64,000 nucleotides of DNA from Trueperaceae bacterium (GCA_965213705.1 OZ243913.1:3232001-3296000), one strand, 5' to 3'; shown: positions 33,061 through 43,170, counted from the stretch's first letter. The notes: generated by a model not told the origin, from the letters alone. Numbers and translations: made by a program.

Positions 33061-33816
33061 CTAAACCTCCTCGTTCAGGTAAGCCCGCTGTACCTCGGGG
33101 TCGGCGCGGACTTCTTCGGGTCTTCCCGTAGCTAGAAGCGTGCCGTAAACGAGCACCGACACGCGGTCGGCCAGGCTGAAGACCACGTCCATGTCGTGTT
33201 CGACGAGCAACGTAGCATAGTCCTGTTTAACGGTTTCAATAAGCTGAGCCATCCGCTCGGTTTCGCTCGGCCCCATTCCGGCCATCGGCTCATCCAGGAG
33301 CAAGACTTTGGGCCACGTCGCCAGCGCCATCGCCAGCTCGAGCTGCCGCCGCTGCCCGTGCGACAGGTTCGCGGCGCGAGTATCAGCGTCAGCGGCCAAA
33401 CCTACTCGCTCGAGCAAAACCCGCGCCTCATCAATAAGACGCTTGTCCCGCCGCGCGTCCCGCCAAAAGTGAAAGTGGTGCTTTTCGTTCGCCTGCACGG
33501 CCAGCGCGACGTTCTCAAGGACGCTGAACTCGAGCAGCACCGCCGTAATCTGAAACGACCGCGCCACACCGAGGCGGGCGCGCTCCGGCATCGACACCCG
33601 TGTGATGTCGCGCCCCTCGAGTGTGATAGTCCCTGCGTCCGGCGTCAACTGCCCGCTCAGTTGCGCCAGCGCAGTCGTCTTGCCTGCACCGTTCGGGCCG
33701 ATGAGCGCGTGGATTTCACCGCGGTGAAGCTCGAGGTTTAAGTCGTTCGACACCAGCAGCGCCCCGAAGGCCTTGCGCAACCCTCTCACTTGCAACAGCG
33801 GTTCAGTCACCCTCAC
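33061..33816 (-). CDS. ABC ATPase (LivG-like), second system
   Basis: GPNGAGKTT, ARSFQ, LLDEPMAG, EHDM. Confidence 0.92.
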   Translation of the reverse strand: MRVTEPLLQVRGLRKAFGALLVSNDLNLELHRGEIHALIGPNGAGKTTALAQLSGQLTPDAGTITLEGRDITRVSMPERARLGVARSFQITAVLLEFSVLENVALAVQANEKHHFHFWRDARRDKRLIDEARVLLERVGLAADADTRAANLSHGQRRQLELAMALATWPKVLLLDEPMAGMGPSETERMAQLIETVKQDYATLLVEHDMDVVFSLADRVSVLVYGTLLATGRPEEVRADPEVQRAYLNEEV

Positions 33817-34795
33817 CCCCGATGAGCAAGCCCGCCAGACCGCGCCGCGCGAACAGGACGATGAGGACGAGCAGCGGGCCGAAAAAAATCTGCCAGTGCT
33901 CGGTAACTGAGACGAGGGTTTCCTCGAGCAGCAAAAACGCCCCCGCGCCGAGTACCGGCCCGACGAGACTGCCCATCCCGCCCAAAATCACCATCACCAG
34001 CAGTTCGCCCGAGCGCGACCAGTGGAGCAGGTTCGGTGAGACGAACTCGGTCTGGTTGCCGAGGAGCGCGCCCGCCAGTCCCGCCACCGCGCCCGCGATG
34101 CAAAACGCCGCGAGCCGGTAAGGGAGGGGTCGGTAACCGAGCGCGCGCATCCGCAACTCGCTACTTTTCAACCCGCGCAGGGTCCGCCCGAAACGCGCGT
34201 GGACGAAGCGCCAGAAGAGAAACATGCAAGCGAGCAGCAAAGCGTAAGAAACGTAAAACATCGTCAAGCGGTCGCCTAAGTCGAGGAGCGGCAGCGTGTT
34301 CGGCCCCCACCACAGCGAGAGGCCGTCGTCGCCGCCGTAGGGCTCGAGCGAGACGAAGAAAAAGTACAGCATCTGCGCGAACGCCAGGGTAATCATGATG
34401 AAGTAAACCCCCTTGGTGCGCAGCGAAATCACGCCGATGACGAGGGCGAACAAAGCCGAAACGAGCATCGCCAGGGGCCAGACAATGAGCGCCTGGTTCA
34501 TCCACGGCCCCGCGCTGAGGCCCAAAAACGCCTCTTCCTCAAAGGCGTGCTGCGACAAAATAGCGAAGGTGTACGCGCCGAGCCCCAAAAACGCCGCGTG
34601 CCCGAACGAGACCAGCCCGCCGTAGCCGAGGATGAAGTTCAAACTCAGCGCCGCCAGGCCGGAGATGACAATGCGGGTGAATACGGGCACGAGGTAACTT
34701 TGGTCGAGGGACAGGGCCACCAGCGGCGCTAGTCCCAAAACGAGGAGAGTGAGGGCGGTGACGGCTCGAGCGCGGTTGATGGGTCGTTCCCTCAC
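33803..34795 (-). CDS. ABC permease (LivM-like), second system
   Basis: LNFILGYGGLVSFGH, LRTKGVYFIMITLAF. Start at GTG 34795 overlapping the LivH-like stop; the ORF-track 5' extension is spurious. Confidence 0.9.
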   Translation of the reverse strand: MRERPINRARAVTALTLLVLGLAPLVALSLDQSYLVPVFTRIVISGLAALSLNFILGYGGLVSFGHAAFLGLGAYTFAILSQHAFEEEAFLGLSAGPWMNQALIVWPLAMLVSALFALVIGVISLRTKGVYFIMITLAFAQMLYFFFVSLEPYGGDDGLSLWWGPNTLPLLDLGDRLTMFYVSYALLLACMFLFWRFVHARFGRTLRGLKSSELRMRALGYRPLPYRLAAFCIAGAVAGLAGALLGNQTEFVSPNLLHWSRSGELLVMVILGGMGSLVGPVLGAGAFLLLEETLVSVTEHWQIFFGPLLVLIVLFARRGLAGLLIGGEGD

Positions 34796-35706
34796 GCGCC
34801 CCCGCCGAACAAGCCCTGCGGCCGCCAGGCCAGCACCGCGGCCATCAAAATATAAATCGCCATCGCCGACAAGGACGCGCCCACCGCGCTCGCAAAGCTC
34901 GGCGTTAGAAAAAGACCGAGCACGCTCGGCAAGTACGCGCGTCCCAGCGTGTCGGTCAGCCCGACGAGCAGCGAGCCCACCACGGCCCCCCGAATCGAGC
35001 CGATGCCGCCGATGACAATGACCACAAAGGTGAGAATCAGGATGCTCTCCCCCATCCCCGATTGCACCGCGATAAACGGCCCCGCGACGACGCCCGCCAA
35101 ACCTGCCAACACCGCCCCGAGCCCGAAGATAACGGTGTAAAGCCGTGAAATGTTCACCCCCAGCGCCCCAATCATCTCGCGGTCGCTCGCCCCGGCGCGA
35201 ATCCACATTCCCAAACGGGTGCGCTGCACGAGCAGGTAAAGCCCCAGCACAGTGAGCGCGCCGACGATAATCACCGCCAGTCGGTAAACCGGATAAGGCG
35301 CACCGGGTACGACCTCGACCGTCCCCAGCAACCAAGGCGGCACGTCGATTCTCAAGGGTTGCCGCCCCCAAACGACCCGCACGAGTTCGTTGAAAAATAA
35401 AATAAGCCCGAAGGTCGCCAACACCTGGTCCAAGTGGTCGCGTTCGTAAAGCCGCCGGATGACCGCGAACTCCACAACCATCCCGGTCAATCCTGCCGCC
35501 ACCGTGCCCACGAGCAAGCCCAACAAAAACGAGTCCGTCTGCACGCTCACCGTCGCCGCCACATACGCCCCCACCATAAACAGCGAGCCGTGCGCCAGGT
35601 TGATGAGGTTCATAATTCCGAAAATAAGCGTCAGCCCCGACGCCATGAGCAGCAGCGTGACGCCGAGCTGGACGCCGTTGAGAAGTTGCTCGAGAAAGAG
35701 GAGCAT
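34792..35706 (-). CDS. ABC permease (LivH-like), second system
   Basis: NGVQLG...ASGLTLIFGIM..INLAHG. Confidence 0.92.
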   Translation of the reverse strand: MLLFLEQLLNGVQLGVTLLLMASGLTLIFGIMNLINLAHGSLFMVGAYVAATVSVQTDSFLLGLLVGTVAAGLTGMVVEFAVIRRLYERDHLDQVLATFGLILFFNELVRVVWGRQPLRIDVPPWLLGTVEVVPGAPYPVYRLAVIIVGALTVLGLYLLVQRTRLGMWIRAGASDREMIGALGVNISRLYTVIFGLGAVLAGLAGVVAGPFIAVQSGMGESILILTFVVIVIGGIGSIRGAVVGSLLVGLTDTLGRAYLPSVLGLFLTPSFASAVGASLSAMAIYILMAAVLAWRPQGLFGGGA

Positions 35707-35716
35707 AAGTTTAAAT

Positions 35717-35782
35717 AAGGGAGTGGGAAGTAGGGTGTCAAGTCAAAAGCTTTTACTCCCTACTCCCTACCCCCACCTCCCT
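35717..35782. repeat. Inverted GGGAGTA/TACTCCC heptamer arms
   Basis: AAGGGAGTGGGAAGTAGGG...TACTCCCTACTCCCTACCCCCACCTCCCTT between the SBP and permease genes. Confidence 0.75.
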
Positions 35783-36942
35783 TACCGCCCCATCTCGCAT
35801 TCGGCCGCGTAAGCGTCCGCGTGGGCCTCGAACACCTTGCCGACGAGCTTGTTGGTGACGTTGCCGCTATCGTCCACGTAAGCCTGACGGACGTAGATGT
35901 CTTGAATCGGGTAGTGGTTGGTGTTGAACTCGAAGTCCCCACGGACTGAAACGAAGTCGGCTTCCTCGAGCGCAGCAATAAGCGCCGCCGTATCGTCCAC
36001 GTTGCCGTTGACTTTTTCCAAGGCCGAGAGAATGAGGTTGCCGGTGTCGAAACCCTGGCTCGAGTAGAGCGTCGGGTACTCGTCGTACTTCGCCTTGTAC
36101 GCCTCGACGAACGCTTTGTTCGCCTCGTTGTCTAAATCGGGCGACCACTGCGAGGTGTTGAAAGTTCCGGCAGCCTCCGCACCGACGGCGTCCAGCAGCG
36201 TGTCGTCGAACGAAAAGGCGGGGCCGAACAGCGGAATCTGGTCGACCAAACCCGCTTGACCGTACTGCTTGACAAAGTTGATGCCCATCGCGCCGGGATA
36301 AAAGAAAAAGACCGCGTCGGGGTTCGTAGCGCGAAGGGTGGAAATCTCGGCGGCGTAGTCGGTCTGGCCGAGCTGGGTGTAGACCTCACCGGCGATGTCG
36401 CCCTGGTAAAAACGCTTGAAGCCGGTCAGCGCGTCCTGGCCCGCCGGGTAGTTCGGGGCGAGGAGGTAAACGTTTTGAAAACCCTGGTCGGTGACGTACT
36501 GGCCCATCGCCTCGTGCAGGTTGTCGTTTTGCCAAGAGGCGCTGAAGTAGTTCGGGTTGCAACCTTTGCCCGCCAGTTCCGACGGCCCGGCGTTGGGCGA
36601 GATATAAACCACACCCTCACGCACCAAACGCGGAATCGTCGCCATCGCGATGTTGGAAAAAATCGAACCCGTCATAATCTTGACCCCGTCGCGCTCGACC
36701 ATCCGCTCGACAAGGCCCACGGCGGTCTCGGGGTCGAGGCCGTCGTCGGCGACGAGCAAGTCGATTTGAATGGGGCTCTCACGCATTTCGACGGCGAGTT
36801 CAAATCCTTTTTGAACCTGCTCGCCTAAATAACCGCCCCCGGTCGACAAGGTGGTGACCATGCCGATTTTGACGGGGTCTTGGGCGAGAGCGAGGCTTAA
36901 GAAGAGGGTGGTGATGAGACTCAGGATAAGTTTTAATTTCAT
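35782..36942 (-). CDS. ABC substrate-binding protein (aromatic acid/benzoate-type)
   Basis: KIGMVTTLS.GG..LG, PNAGPS.LAG..C, YFSASWQND..HEAMG, APNYPAG.D. Typical of SBPs found with abm clusters. Confidence 0.88.
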   Translation of the reverse strand: MKLKLILSLITTLFLSLALAQDPVKIGMVTTLSTGGGYLGEQVQKGFELAVEMRESPIQIDLLVADDGLDPETAVGLVERMVERDGVKIMTGSIFSNIAMATIPRLVREGVVYISPNAGPSELAGKGCNPNYFSASWQNDNLHEAMGQYVTDQGFQNVYLLAPNYPAGQDALTGFKRFYQGDIAGEVYTQLGQTDYAAEISTLRATNPDAVFFFYPGAMGINFVKQYGQAGLVDQIPLFGPAFSFDDTLLDAVGAEAAGTFNTSQWSPDLDNEANKAFVEAYKAKYDEYPTLYSSQGFDTGNLILSALEKVNGNVDDTAALIAALEEADFVSVRGDFEFNTNHYPIQDIYVRQAYVDDSGNVTNKLVGKVFEAHADAYAAECEMGR

Positions 36943-37769
36943 GTTTTTCCTTTCTCGAGCAGCTCCAAAACGGCTGCCCTGACAGTTTGCCACTGCGGGG
37001 TGGTAGCGACGACGATTTCGAAGTGGCCGGTGTCGGCCAGACTTTCCAGGCGAACCTCCTCGCCCCCCTTTTTCGCTGCGGCTTCGTAGAGTTTAACGTA
37101 GCTTATAGGAACCGTGTCGTCTTGAACGCCCTGGATTAAGATTTGCCGAACGCCGAGCGGGAGGAGTTCGGCGGGCGAGCCCTGCGCGTAGCGTTCCGGT
37201 ACCTCTTCGGGCGTACCGCCCATGAGTCTGTCGGGCGCGTCCGGGCAAATGTTCTGGTTTAAGGCTTTTGCTAAATCGGGAATCCCAGCCAAGGAGACGA
37301 CGCCGCGCAACTCGAGCGGCTTCTCCACATAAAGTTCGCTGTCCGAGTTGAGGTTGTGACGGCCTGCCAGCCACAGGGCCAGGTGTCCGCCCGCCGAGTG
37401 GCCGACGGTGAGGACTCGAGCCAAATCGAGGTCGTAATCGTCAGCCATCATCCTGAGAAAATCTGTACCTCTAGCGACATCTAAAAACGTGTTGGGCCAG
37501 CCGCCGTCAACGTCCAAACGGCGGTACTCGAGGCTCCACACGGCTACCCCGTCGTTCGTCAGGGCTCGAGCAAATTGACCCATGTACTCGAGGTTGACCC
37601 GCGCCCGCCAACAACCGCCGTGCAGCAAAACCACGACCGGATGCGGCCCTGCTCCATCAGGCAAATAGAGGTGTCCGAACTGCTCTGTATGAGGGCCGTA
37701 GCTCAAAACAACGTCCGGCGGCACCTTGGGCAGCGCCAGCAAATCATCGACTGTGAGCAAACTCGCCAC
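36939..37769 (-). CDS. Alpha/beta hydrolase with HGGxW motif (candidate kynurenine formamidase)
   Basis: HGGCW oxyanion motif, GHSAGG nucleophile elbow, D..VP and GHF. The specific function is inferred from context. Confidence 0.75.
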   Translation of the reverse strand: MASLLTVDDLLALPKVPPDVVLSYGPHTEQFGHLYLPDGAGPHPVVVLLHGGCWRARVNLEYMGQFARALTNDGVAVWSLEYRRLDVDGGWPNTFLDVARGTDFLRMMADDYDLDLARVLTVGHSAGGHLALWLAGRHNLNSDSELYVEKPLELRGVVSLAGIPDLAKALNQNICPDAPDRLMGGTPEEVPERYAQGSPAELLPLGVRQILIQGVQDDTVPISYVKLYEAAAKKGGEEVRLESLADTGHFEIVVATTPQWQTVRAAVLELLEKGKT

Positions 37770-37780
37770 GCGACCTAAAC

Positions 37781-38551
37781 CTAACTTGTCACGAGCGCCA
37801 GCACCCGCAGCGGACTTCCCGAACCGCCTACGAGCTTGAGCGGCGGGGTGATGAGGAGTGCGCCCTTGGGCGGCAGCTGGTCGAGGTTCGCCAAGCTCGC
37901 CAGTCCGAACTTCCCGGCCCCGTGAAACAGCGTGTGCGCGGGAAAAGCCGGGTCGAACCCGCCCGCCGCGCCCGCGTCGGTGCCGACGGTTTCCGTACCG
38001 AAGCCGAGAACGTCGCGCTCCACCAGCGCCTTGACCGCCTCAACTGAGGGACCGGGCGACACCGGCCCGTCCTCTTTGAGATTGAGAAACGCTTCCCCTT
38101 GCCGTTTCGACCAGTCGCTGCGGAGCAGCACCCACGAGCCCGCTTCGATGGGGCCGTGCTTGTCTTCCCAGGTTTCAATGTGCTCAGGCGTGAGCAAAAA
38201 GCCCTCGTCTTCTGCGACCTCGTTACTCACGTCGATGACGTTGGCAGGCGCGACGAGCTTGCTCGGCGGGATGGTGTCGGTCGTGTGCTCGGCCAGGTCT
38301 TTGCCCGTCACCCAGTGAACCGGCGCGTCGAAGTGGGTGCCGGTGTGCTCGCCCAAGGTGAGGGTGTTCCAGTACCAGGCGGGGCCGGCGTCGTCGTAGC
38401 GCGAAATCTCGGTGACGCTTAAACCTGGCGACGGCGCGAACATGTCAGGCAGCGCGATGACGGGCGTGCCGGGCTCGAGCGGCTGCGTCAGGTCGATGAC
38501 CCTGACCTTCCCCGAAGCGAGGTCGGTGATGAGGTTGGCGAGGGTGGACAT
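37781..38551 (-). CDS. Cyclase-family amidohydrolase (isatin hydrolase/KynB fold)
   Basis: GPAWYWNTLTLGEHTGTHFDAPVHWVTG (HxGTHxDxPxH), ETVGTDAG, GGSGSPLRVLA. Confidence 0.88.
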   Translation of the reverse strand: MSTLANLITDLASGKVRVIDLTQPLEPGTPVIALPDMFAPSPGLSVTEISRYDDAGPAWYWNTLTLGEHTGTHFDAPVHWVTGKDLAEHTTDTIPPSKLVAPANVIDVSNEVAEDEGFLLTPEHIETWEDKHGPIEAGSWVLLRSDWSKRQGEAFLNLKEDGPVSPGPSVEAVKALVERDVLGFGTETVGTDAGAAGGFDPAFPAHTLFHGAGKFGLASLANLDQLPPKGALLITPPLKLVGGSGSPLRVLALVTS

Positions 38552-38570
38552 GGTGGGGTTCCTTTCTGAG

Positions 38571-38664
38571 GATGCAGAGGAGATAGGAGGCGGAGGAGCG
38601 GAGGAGAAAAAGCTTCTGACTTTAACTTTCTGCTTTCTACTTTTTACTCGGTACTAGGTACTTC
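38571..38664 (-). repeat. Dispersed heptamer-built repeat (AGTACCG family), copy B
   Basis: Minus strand AAGTACCTAGTACCGAGTAAAAAGTAGAAAG...GCTTTT...TCCTATCTCCTCTGC. Supplies the last codons and stop of the ThDP beta-subunit gene. Confidence 0.8.
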
Positions 38665-39231
38665 TTTCTTCCCTTGAATAAACCGCCGAAACCTGAACGC
38701 GTTCTCGCTCAGCCCCAAATCCATCCCGTACTTGTCCGGCCCGACGGCCCGCACTTTGGCGACGATGACGCTGAGGTCGTCGCGCTCAAAGGCCTCCAAA
38801 ACAGCTTCGCCAAAGTTGAGAGGCGTGTCCACGGACGCGACATGTTCGATGCCCGCGCCCTTGGCAATCGCGGCCAAGTCGGTAATTCCGGCGGTCGTGT
38901 GCGAACTGAAGCCGCCGGTCGAGAGTAGCGAGCCGTTGTCGAAGATGATGTGGACTATATTTCTCGGGCGGTAGCGGGCCAGGGTGGTGAGGGTGCCCAG
39001 GTTCATCAGCACCGAGCCGTCGCCGTCGAGCACCACGACGCGCTCTTCGGGCAGGTGCGCCGCCAGCCCCAAGCCGATGGACGAGGCCAGCCCCATCGCG
39101 TGTTGCAAGTAAAAGAAGTTCTCGCGGTGGCCCAGGTTGTAGAGTTCCTGAGCGCAAGCGCCCATGATGGTGACGACGAGCTTGTCTTGCAACTCGGGGT
39201 AGATAACTTCCAAACAGCGAGCGCGTTCCAC
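38644..39231 (-). CDS. ThDP-dependent decarboxylase beta subunit (ComE-like)
   Basis: MGLASSIGLG, DGDGSVLMNLG...FDN ThDP-binding motif, STGG. Confidence 0.88.
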   Translation of the reverse strand: MERARCLEVIYPELQDKLVVTIMGACAQELYNLGHRENFFYLQHAMGLASSIGLGLAAHLPEERVVVLDGDGSVLMNLGTLTTLARYRPRNIVHIIFDNGSLLSTGGFSSHTTAGITDLAAIAKGAGIEHVASVDTPLNFGEAVLEAFERDDLSVIVAKVRAVGPDKYGMDLGLSENAFRFRRFIQGKKEVPSTE

Positions 39232-39245
39232 TTAATCCTCCACGC

Positions 39246-39764
39246 CTAATCCTCCATCAAGTCCCTGGTGAGCAGAAGCGCGACGGGCGACAAAGAACTC
39301 TGCGAAAACGTGTAAGCCTCGCGAATTTGCTTGGCGACTTTATTCGGGTCTCGAGCGTGCTCGAACGGGATGCCCAGCGCCCGCAACACCTCCTCGGTGA
39401 TAATTCCACCGCGCGTGTGCCACGGGTACGGCTCGCCCCAGTGCCCGCGAAAAGCGATGAGCATACATAAGGGCACGCTGTAGAGTTGCGCCAGCGAGAC
39501 GATGGCGTTGACGGCCGCCAAAAAGCCGTGATTTTGCATCAGCAGCGCGTGGGGTTCGCCCGCGAAGTACGCGCCTGCAGCGATGCCGATGGCCTCTTCT
39601 TCTTTGGCAACCTCGATGAGTTGGATGTCCGGGTCGTCTTCGGCGCGCTGCAACAGGTGGATGAGCCAGGTTTCGGGCAGCGCCGACACCGACTTAATGC
39701 CCGCTTTTTTGATGCCCTCGAAGACGATTTTCGAATTTTCGTAGGAGACCGACAAAGAGCGCAC
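39246..39764 (-). CDS. ThDP-dependent decarboxylase alpha subunit (ComD-like)
   Basis: KEEEAIGIAAGAY, LMQN.G, RG..GE. Alternative start at TTG 39755. Confidence 0.85.
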   Translation of the reverse strand: MRSLSVSYENSKIVFEGIKKAGIKSVSALPETWLIHLLQRAEDDPDIQLIEVAKEEEAIGIAAGAYFAGEPHALLMQNHGFLAAVNAIVSLAQLYSVPLCMLIAFRGHWGEPYPWHTRGGIITEEVLRALGIPFEHARDPNKVAKQIREAYTFSQSSLSPVALLLTRDLMED

Positions 39765-39904
39765 CTCTCTTGCAGACGCTGGAATGACGCTTTTAAAAAC
39801 CTTCTGGACAACAATATCATCCTAGCTGCGGAGAAAGTCAACGTATAAAAGGTTTAGGTTGAAAATAAATTTTGAAGTGCGTATGATTTGGGGGTGGAAG
39901 TAAC
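39765..39904. promoter_or_regulatory. AT-rich divergent promoter region with candidate operator
   Basis: Imperfect inverted repeat TCAACGTA-N9-TAGGTTGA at 39838-39862 and TATGAT at about 39882-39887, between two divergent operons. Confidence 0.5.
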
Positions 39905-40660
39905 ATGGAGCTAGCGGGCAAGCACGCGGTCGTAACCGGCGGCGGTCGCGGCATCGGCGCGGCGGTCGCGGCGGCGCTCGGCGCGGCCGAGGCAAAGGTC
40001 ACGCTGATGGGCCGGACGTTGGACGTGCTCGAGGCCACCAGAGACCGTCTCGAGAAAGCCCAGATTATCCAGCTCGACGTGAGCGACGAGGGCGGCGTGC
40101 GGGACGCTTTCGAAAAAGCCGCCGAGGACTTCGGCGACATCGACATCCTCATCAACAACGCCGGAATCGCCGAGAGCGCGCCGTTCGAGAAAACGCCCCC
40201 TGAGCTTTTCCAGCGTTTGTTGAACGTCAACCTCATGGGCACCGTTCACTGCACACAGGCCGTTTTGCCAGGCATGAAAGCGAACGGCTGGGGCCGTATC
40301 GTCAACATCGCCAGCACCGCCGGGTTGACCGGCTACGCCTACGTGAGCGCCTACTGCGCCAGCAAGCACGCGGTGGTCGGGCTGACAAAGTCTTTAGCCG
40401 TAGAGCTTGCTCGCACCGGCATCACCGTCAACAGCCTCTGCCCCGGCTATACAGAGACCGACATGCTCGGCGAGAGCTTGAGCAACATCAGCCAAAAAAC
40501 TGGAAAGACGCAGGAAGAGGCGAGGGCGGTGCTCCAAAACCCACAAGGCCGTTTCGTCCAGCCCGAGGAGGTCGCGGCGGCGGCGCTGTGGCTGTGTGGG
40601 GACTCGAGCGGTTCCGTCACCGGGCAAAACATCGTCATCGCTGGAGGAGAACTTGTTTAG
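39905..40660 (+). CDS. Short-chain dehydrogenase/reductase (3-hydroxyacyl-CoA dehydrogenase-like, abm cluster)
   Basis: TGGGRGIG, NNAG, YCASK. Confidence 0.9.
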   Translation: MELAGKHAVVTGGGRGIGAAVAAALGAAEAKVTLMGRTLDVLEATRDRLEKAQIIQLDVSDEGGVRDAFEKAAEDFGDIDILINNAGIAESAPFEKTPPELFQRLLNVNLMGTVHCTQAVLPGMKANGWGRIVNIASTAGLTGYAYVSAYCASKHAVVGLTKSLAVELARTGITVNSLCPGYTETDMLGESLSNISQKTGKTQEEARAVLQNPQGRFVQPEEVAAAALWLCGDSSGSVTGQNIVIAGGELV

Positions 40661-40675
40661 GAATTGGGAAAGAAA

Positions 40676-41098
40676 GTGAGCGGGCTCGAGCAGAGGCACA
40701 AACTGCTGCAACCGCCGGGCTGGCCCGCGCCGAAGGGTTACTCAAACGGGGTGGTGGCGAAAGGGCGGCTGGTCTTTGTGGCGGGCCTCATCGGTTGGAA
40801 CGATAAAGGTGAGTTCGAGAGCGACGGCATGGCCGAGCAAACGAGGCAAACACTGCAAAACGTCGTCACGGTCTTGGCCGAAGCTGGAGCCAAACCCGAG
40901 CACGTCGTCCGCATGACCTGGTACATCACCGACAAAGCCGAGTACCACGCCAACCTTGCCGCCATCGGCAGCGCCTACCGCGAGACGTTTGCCAGGCACT
41001 ACCCAGCGATGGCGATGGTACAAGTGGCCGCGCTGATGGAAGACCGCGCCAAGGTCGAAATCGAGGCGACTGCCGTGATACCGGAGGACGAAACGTGA
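40676..41098 (+). CDS. RidA family enamine deaminase
   Basis: [23 protein letters not shown]...[12 protein letters not shown]. Confidence 0.9.
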   Translation: MSGLEQRHKLLQPPGWPAPKGYSNGVVAKGRLVFVAGLIGWNDKGEFESDGMAEQTRQTLQNVVTVLAEAGAKPEHVVRMTWYITDKAEYHANLAAIGSAYRETFARHYPAMAMVQVAALMEDRAKVEIEATAVIPEDET

Positions 41099-41931
41099 GT
41101 GCCTATCAACTCAGCTTGACGGACTTAAAACTTGCGAACTACGAAGCCAAGCACTTTCTGTGGGAGGTCTCGGACGGCCTCGCCACGCTCACGCTGAACC
41201 GTCCCGAGCGCAAAAACCCGCTCACCTTCGAGTCTTACGCCGAGCTGCGCGACCTGTTTCGCAATTTGGTCTACAGCGACGACGTGCGGGGCGTCGTCAT
41301 CACCGGGGCGGGAGGTAATTTCTGTTCGGGCGGCGACGTGTTCGAAATCATCGGCCCCTTGACCAAAAGCAGCATGAAAGACTTACTCGCTTTCACCCGC
41401 ATGACCGGCGACCTGGTCAAAGCGATTCGCGCCTGCCCGCAGCCGGTGGTGGCGGCTATCGACGGAGTGTGCGTCGGGGCGGGCGCTGCGATTGCGATGG
41501 CCTGCGACTTGCGCTACGGAACACCGGACGCCAAGGTCGCTTACCTGTTCGTGCGGGTGGGTTTGGCGGGCTGCGACATGGGCGCTTGCGCGATTCTGCC
41601 GCGCATCATCGGCCAGGGCCGCGCCGCCGAACTCCTCTTTACGGGCCGCAGCATGAGCGCCGAGGAGGGCGAGCGGTGGGGCTTTTACAACCGGGTGTGC
41701 GAGGCTGGAGTGCTCGAGGAGGCCCAAAACACGGTGCGCCGTCTTCTGCAAGGCCCGACCTTCGCCCACGGCATCACCAAGACGATGCTCAACCAGGAAT
41801 GGAACATGAGCGTGGAGCAAGCCATCGAAGCCGAGGCGCAAGCGCAGGCCCTGTGTATGCAAACTGAGGATTTTGTACGGGCGTTCGAGGCGTTTGCGGC
41901 AAAGGGAAAGCCCGTTTTCGAGGGGAATTAG
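41095..41931 (+). CDS. Enoyl-CoA hydratase/isomerase family
   Basis: [24 protein letters not shown]...A.ACDLR. Confidence 0.92.
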   Translation: MSAYQLSLTDLKLANYEAKHFLWEVSDGLATLTLNRPERKNPLTFESYAELRDLFRNLVYSDDVRGVVITGAGGNFCSGGDVFEIIGPLTKSSMKDLLAFTRMTGDLVKAIRACPQPVVAAIDGVCVGAGAAIAMACDLRYGTPDAKVAYLFVRVGLAGCDMGACAILPRIIGQGRAAELLFTGRSMSAEEGERWGFYNRVCEAGVLEEAQNTVRRLLQGPTFAHGITKTMLNQEWNMSVEQAIEAEAQAQALCMQTEDFVRAFEAFAAKGKPVFEGN

Positions 41932-41932
41932 G

Positions 41933-43135
41933 ATGAAGCCTTCAAACGACACCCCGCCGACAGCGGGCACCGACCGCACCTTTCTCTCGTGGCCCTTTTT
42001 CGACGAGACGCACCGGCAGCACGCGGCGGGCCTCGAGCCCTGGGCTGCTAAAACCTCCAACGAAATTCCACATGGTGACGACGTGGACGCGAGCGTACGC
42101 GCTTGGGTCGGGGCGTTGGGTCGAGGTGGGTGGCTCGAGGCTTGCGTCTCGAACGAAGGCAAGCTCGACGTGCGCACGCTCTGCCTAAGCCGCGAAACAC
42201 TTTCCCGTTTCGACGGGCTGGCGGACTTCGCCTTTGCGATGCAGGGTTTGGGGAGCGGCCCTATCAGCCTGTTTGGCACCGACGAGCAAAAGGCCGCGTA
42301 CTTGCCCGCCGTGGCGAAGGGCGAGAAAATCGCCGCCTTCGCCCTCTCCGAACCCGTGGCCGGGTCGGACGTGAGCGCGCTTGCTACCACGGCTGAACGC
42401 GACGGTGACGGCTTCGTGCTGAACGGTGAAAAAACCTGGATTTCCAACGGCGGCATCGCCGACTTTTATTTGACTTTTGCACGTACCGGGGAAGCGGCGG
42501 GCGCGAAGGGCCTGAGCGCCTTCATCGTTGACGCGGACACGGAGGGGCTGCGGGTTGCCGAGCGCATCGAGGCGAGCGCGCCGCATCCCTTGGCTCGGCT
42601 GGCGCTCGAGAACTGCTGCGTCCCCGCGTGCAAACTCGTCGGGGAGGCGGGCCGCGGTTTCAACGTGGCGATGGCGACCCTGGACGTGTTCCGCTCGACG
42701 GTGGGCGCGGCGGCGCTCGGTTTCGCGCGACGGGCGCTGCAAGAAACGTTGGCACACACGACGACGCGGCAGCTTTTTGGCGAGCCCTTGGCAGACATGC
42801 AACTCACTCAGGCCAAACTGGCCGACATGGCCCTCGAGATTGACGCTTCCGCCCTGCTCGTCTACCGCGCCGCCTGGACCAAAGATTGCGTGCAGGAGCG
42901 CGTTTCGCGCGAAGCCTCGATGGCGAAACTCTACGCGACCGAGGCGGCGCAGCGCGTCGTGGACGCCGCCGTCCAACTCCACGGCGGGCGCGGCGTGAGG
43001 CGGGGCGAAACCGTCGAACGCTTATACCGCGAAGTCCGCGCGCTCCGCATCTACGAAGGTGCCTCGGAGGTGCAACAACAAATTATTGCCAAACAGACTT
43101 TGAAGGCGTACAGCGACGGGAAGGAAACTTCGTAG
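41933..43135 (+). CDS. Acyl-CoA dehydrogenase
   Basis: [37 protein letters not shown]. Start at ATG 41933. Confidence 0.93.
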   Translation: MKPSNDTPPTAGTDRTFLSWPFFDETHRQHAAGLEPWAAKTSNEIPHGDDVDASVRAWVGALGRGGWLEACVSNEGKLDVRTLCLSRETLSRFDGLADFAFAMQGLGSGPISLFGTDEQKAAYLPAVAKGEKIAAFALSEPVAGSDVSALATTAERDGDGFVLNGEKTWISNGGIADFYLTFARTGEAAGAKGLSAFIVDADTEGLRVAERIEASAPHPLARLALENCCVPACKLVGEAGRGFNVAMATLDVFRSTVGAAALGFARRALQETLAHTTTRQLFGEPLADMQLTQAKLADMALEIDASALLVYRAAWTKDCVQERVSREASMAKLYATEAAQRVVDAAVQLHGGRGVRRGETVERLYREVRALRIYEGASEVQQQIIAKQTLKAYSDGKETS

Positions 43136-43170
43136 CCATGCTCTTTTCTCTTTTTGGAGGTGACTGAGCC

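Noticed and set aside
33803..35371. 522-aa ORF as a fused permease
   Set aside because: The upstream ~190 codons are an out-of-frame shadow of the LivH-like gene; the real start is GTG 34795.
38644..39764. Coenzyme M or phosphonate biosynthesis (comDE/ppd)
   Set aside because: No comA/B/C or pepM nearby; the context is aromatic catabolism.
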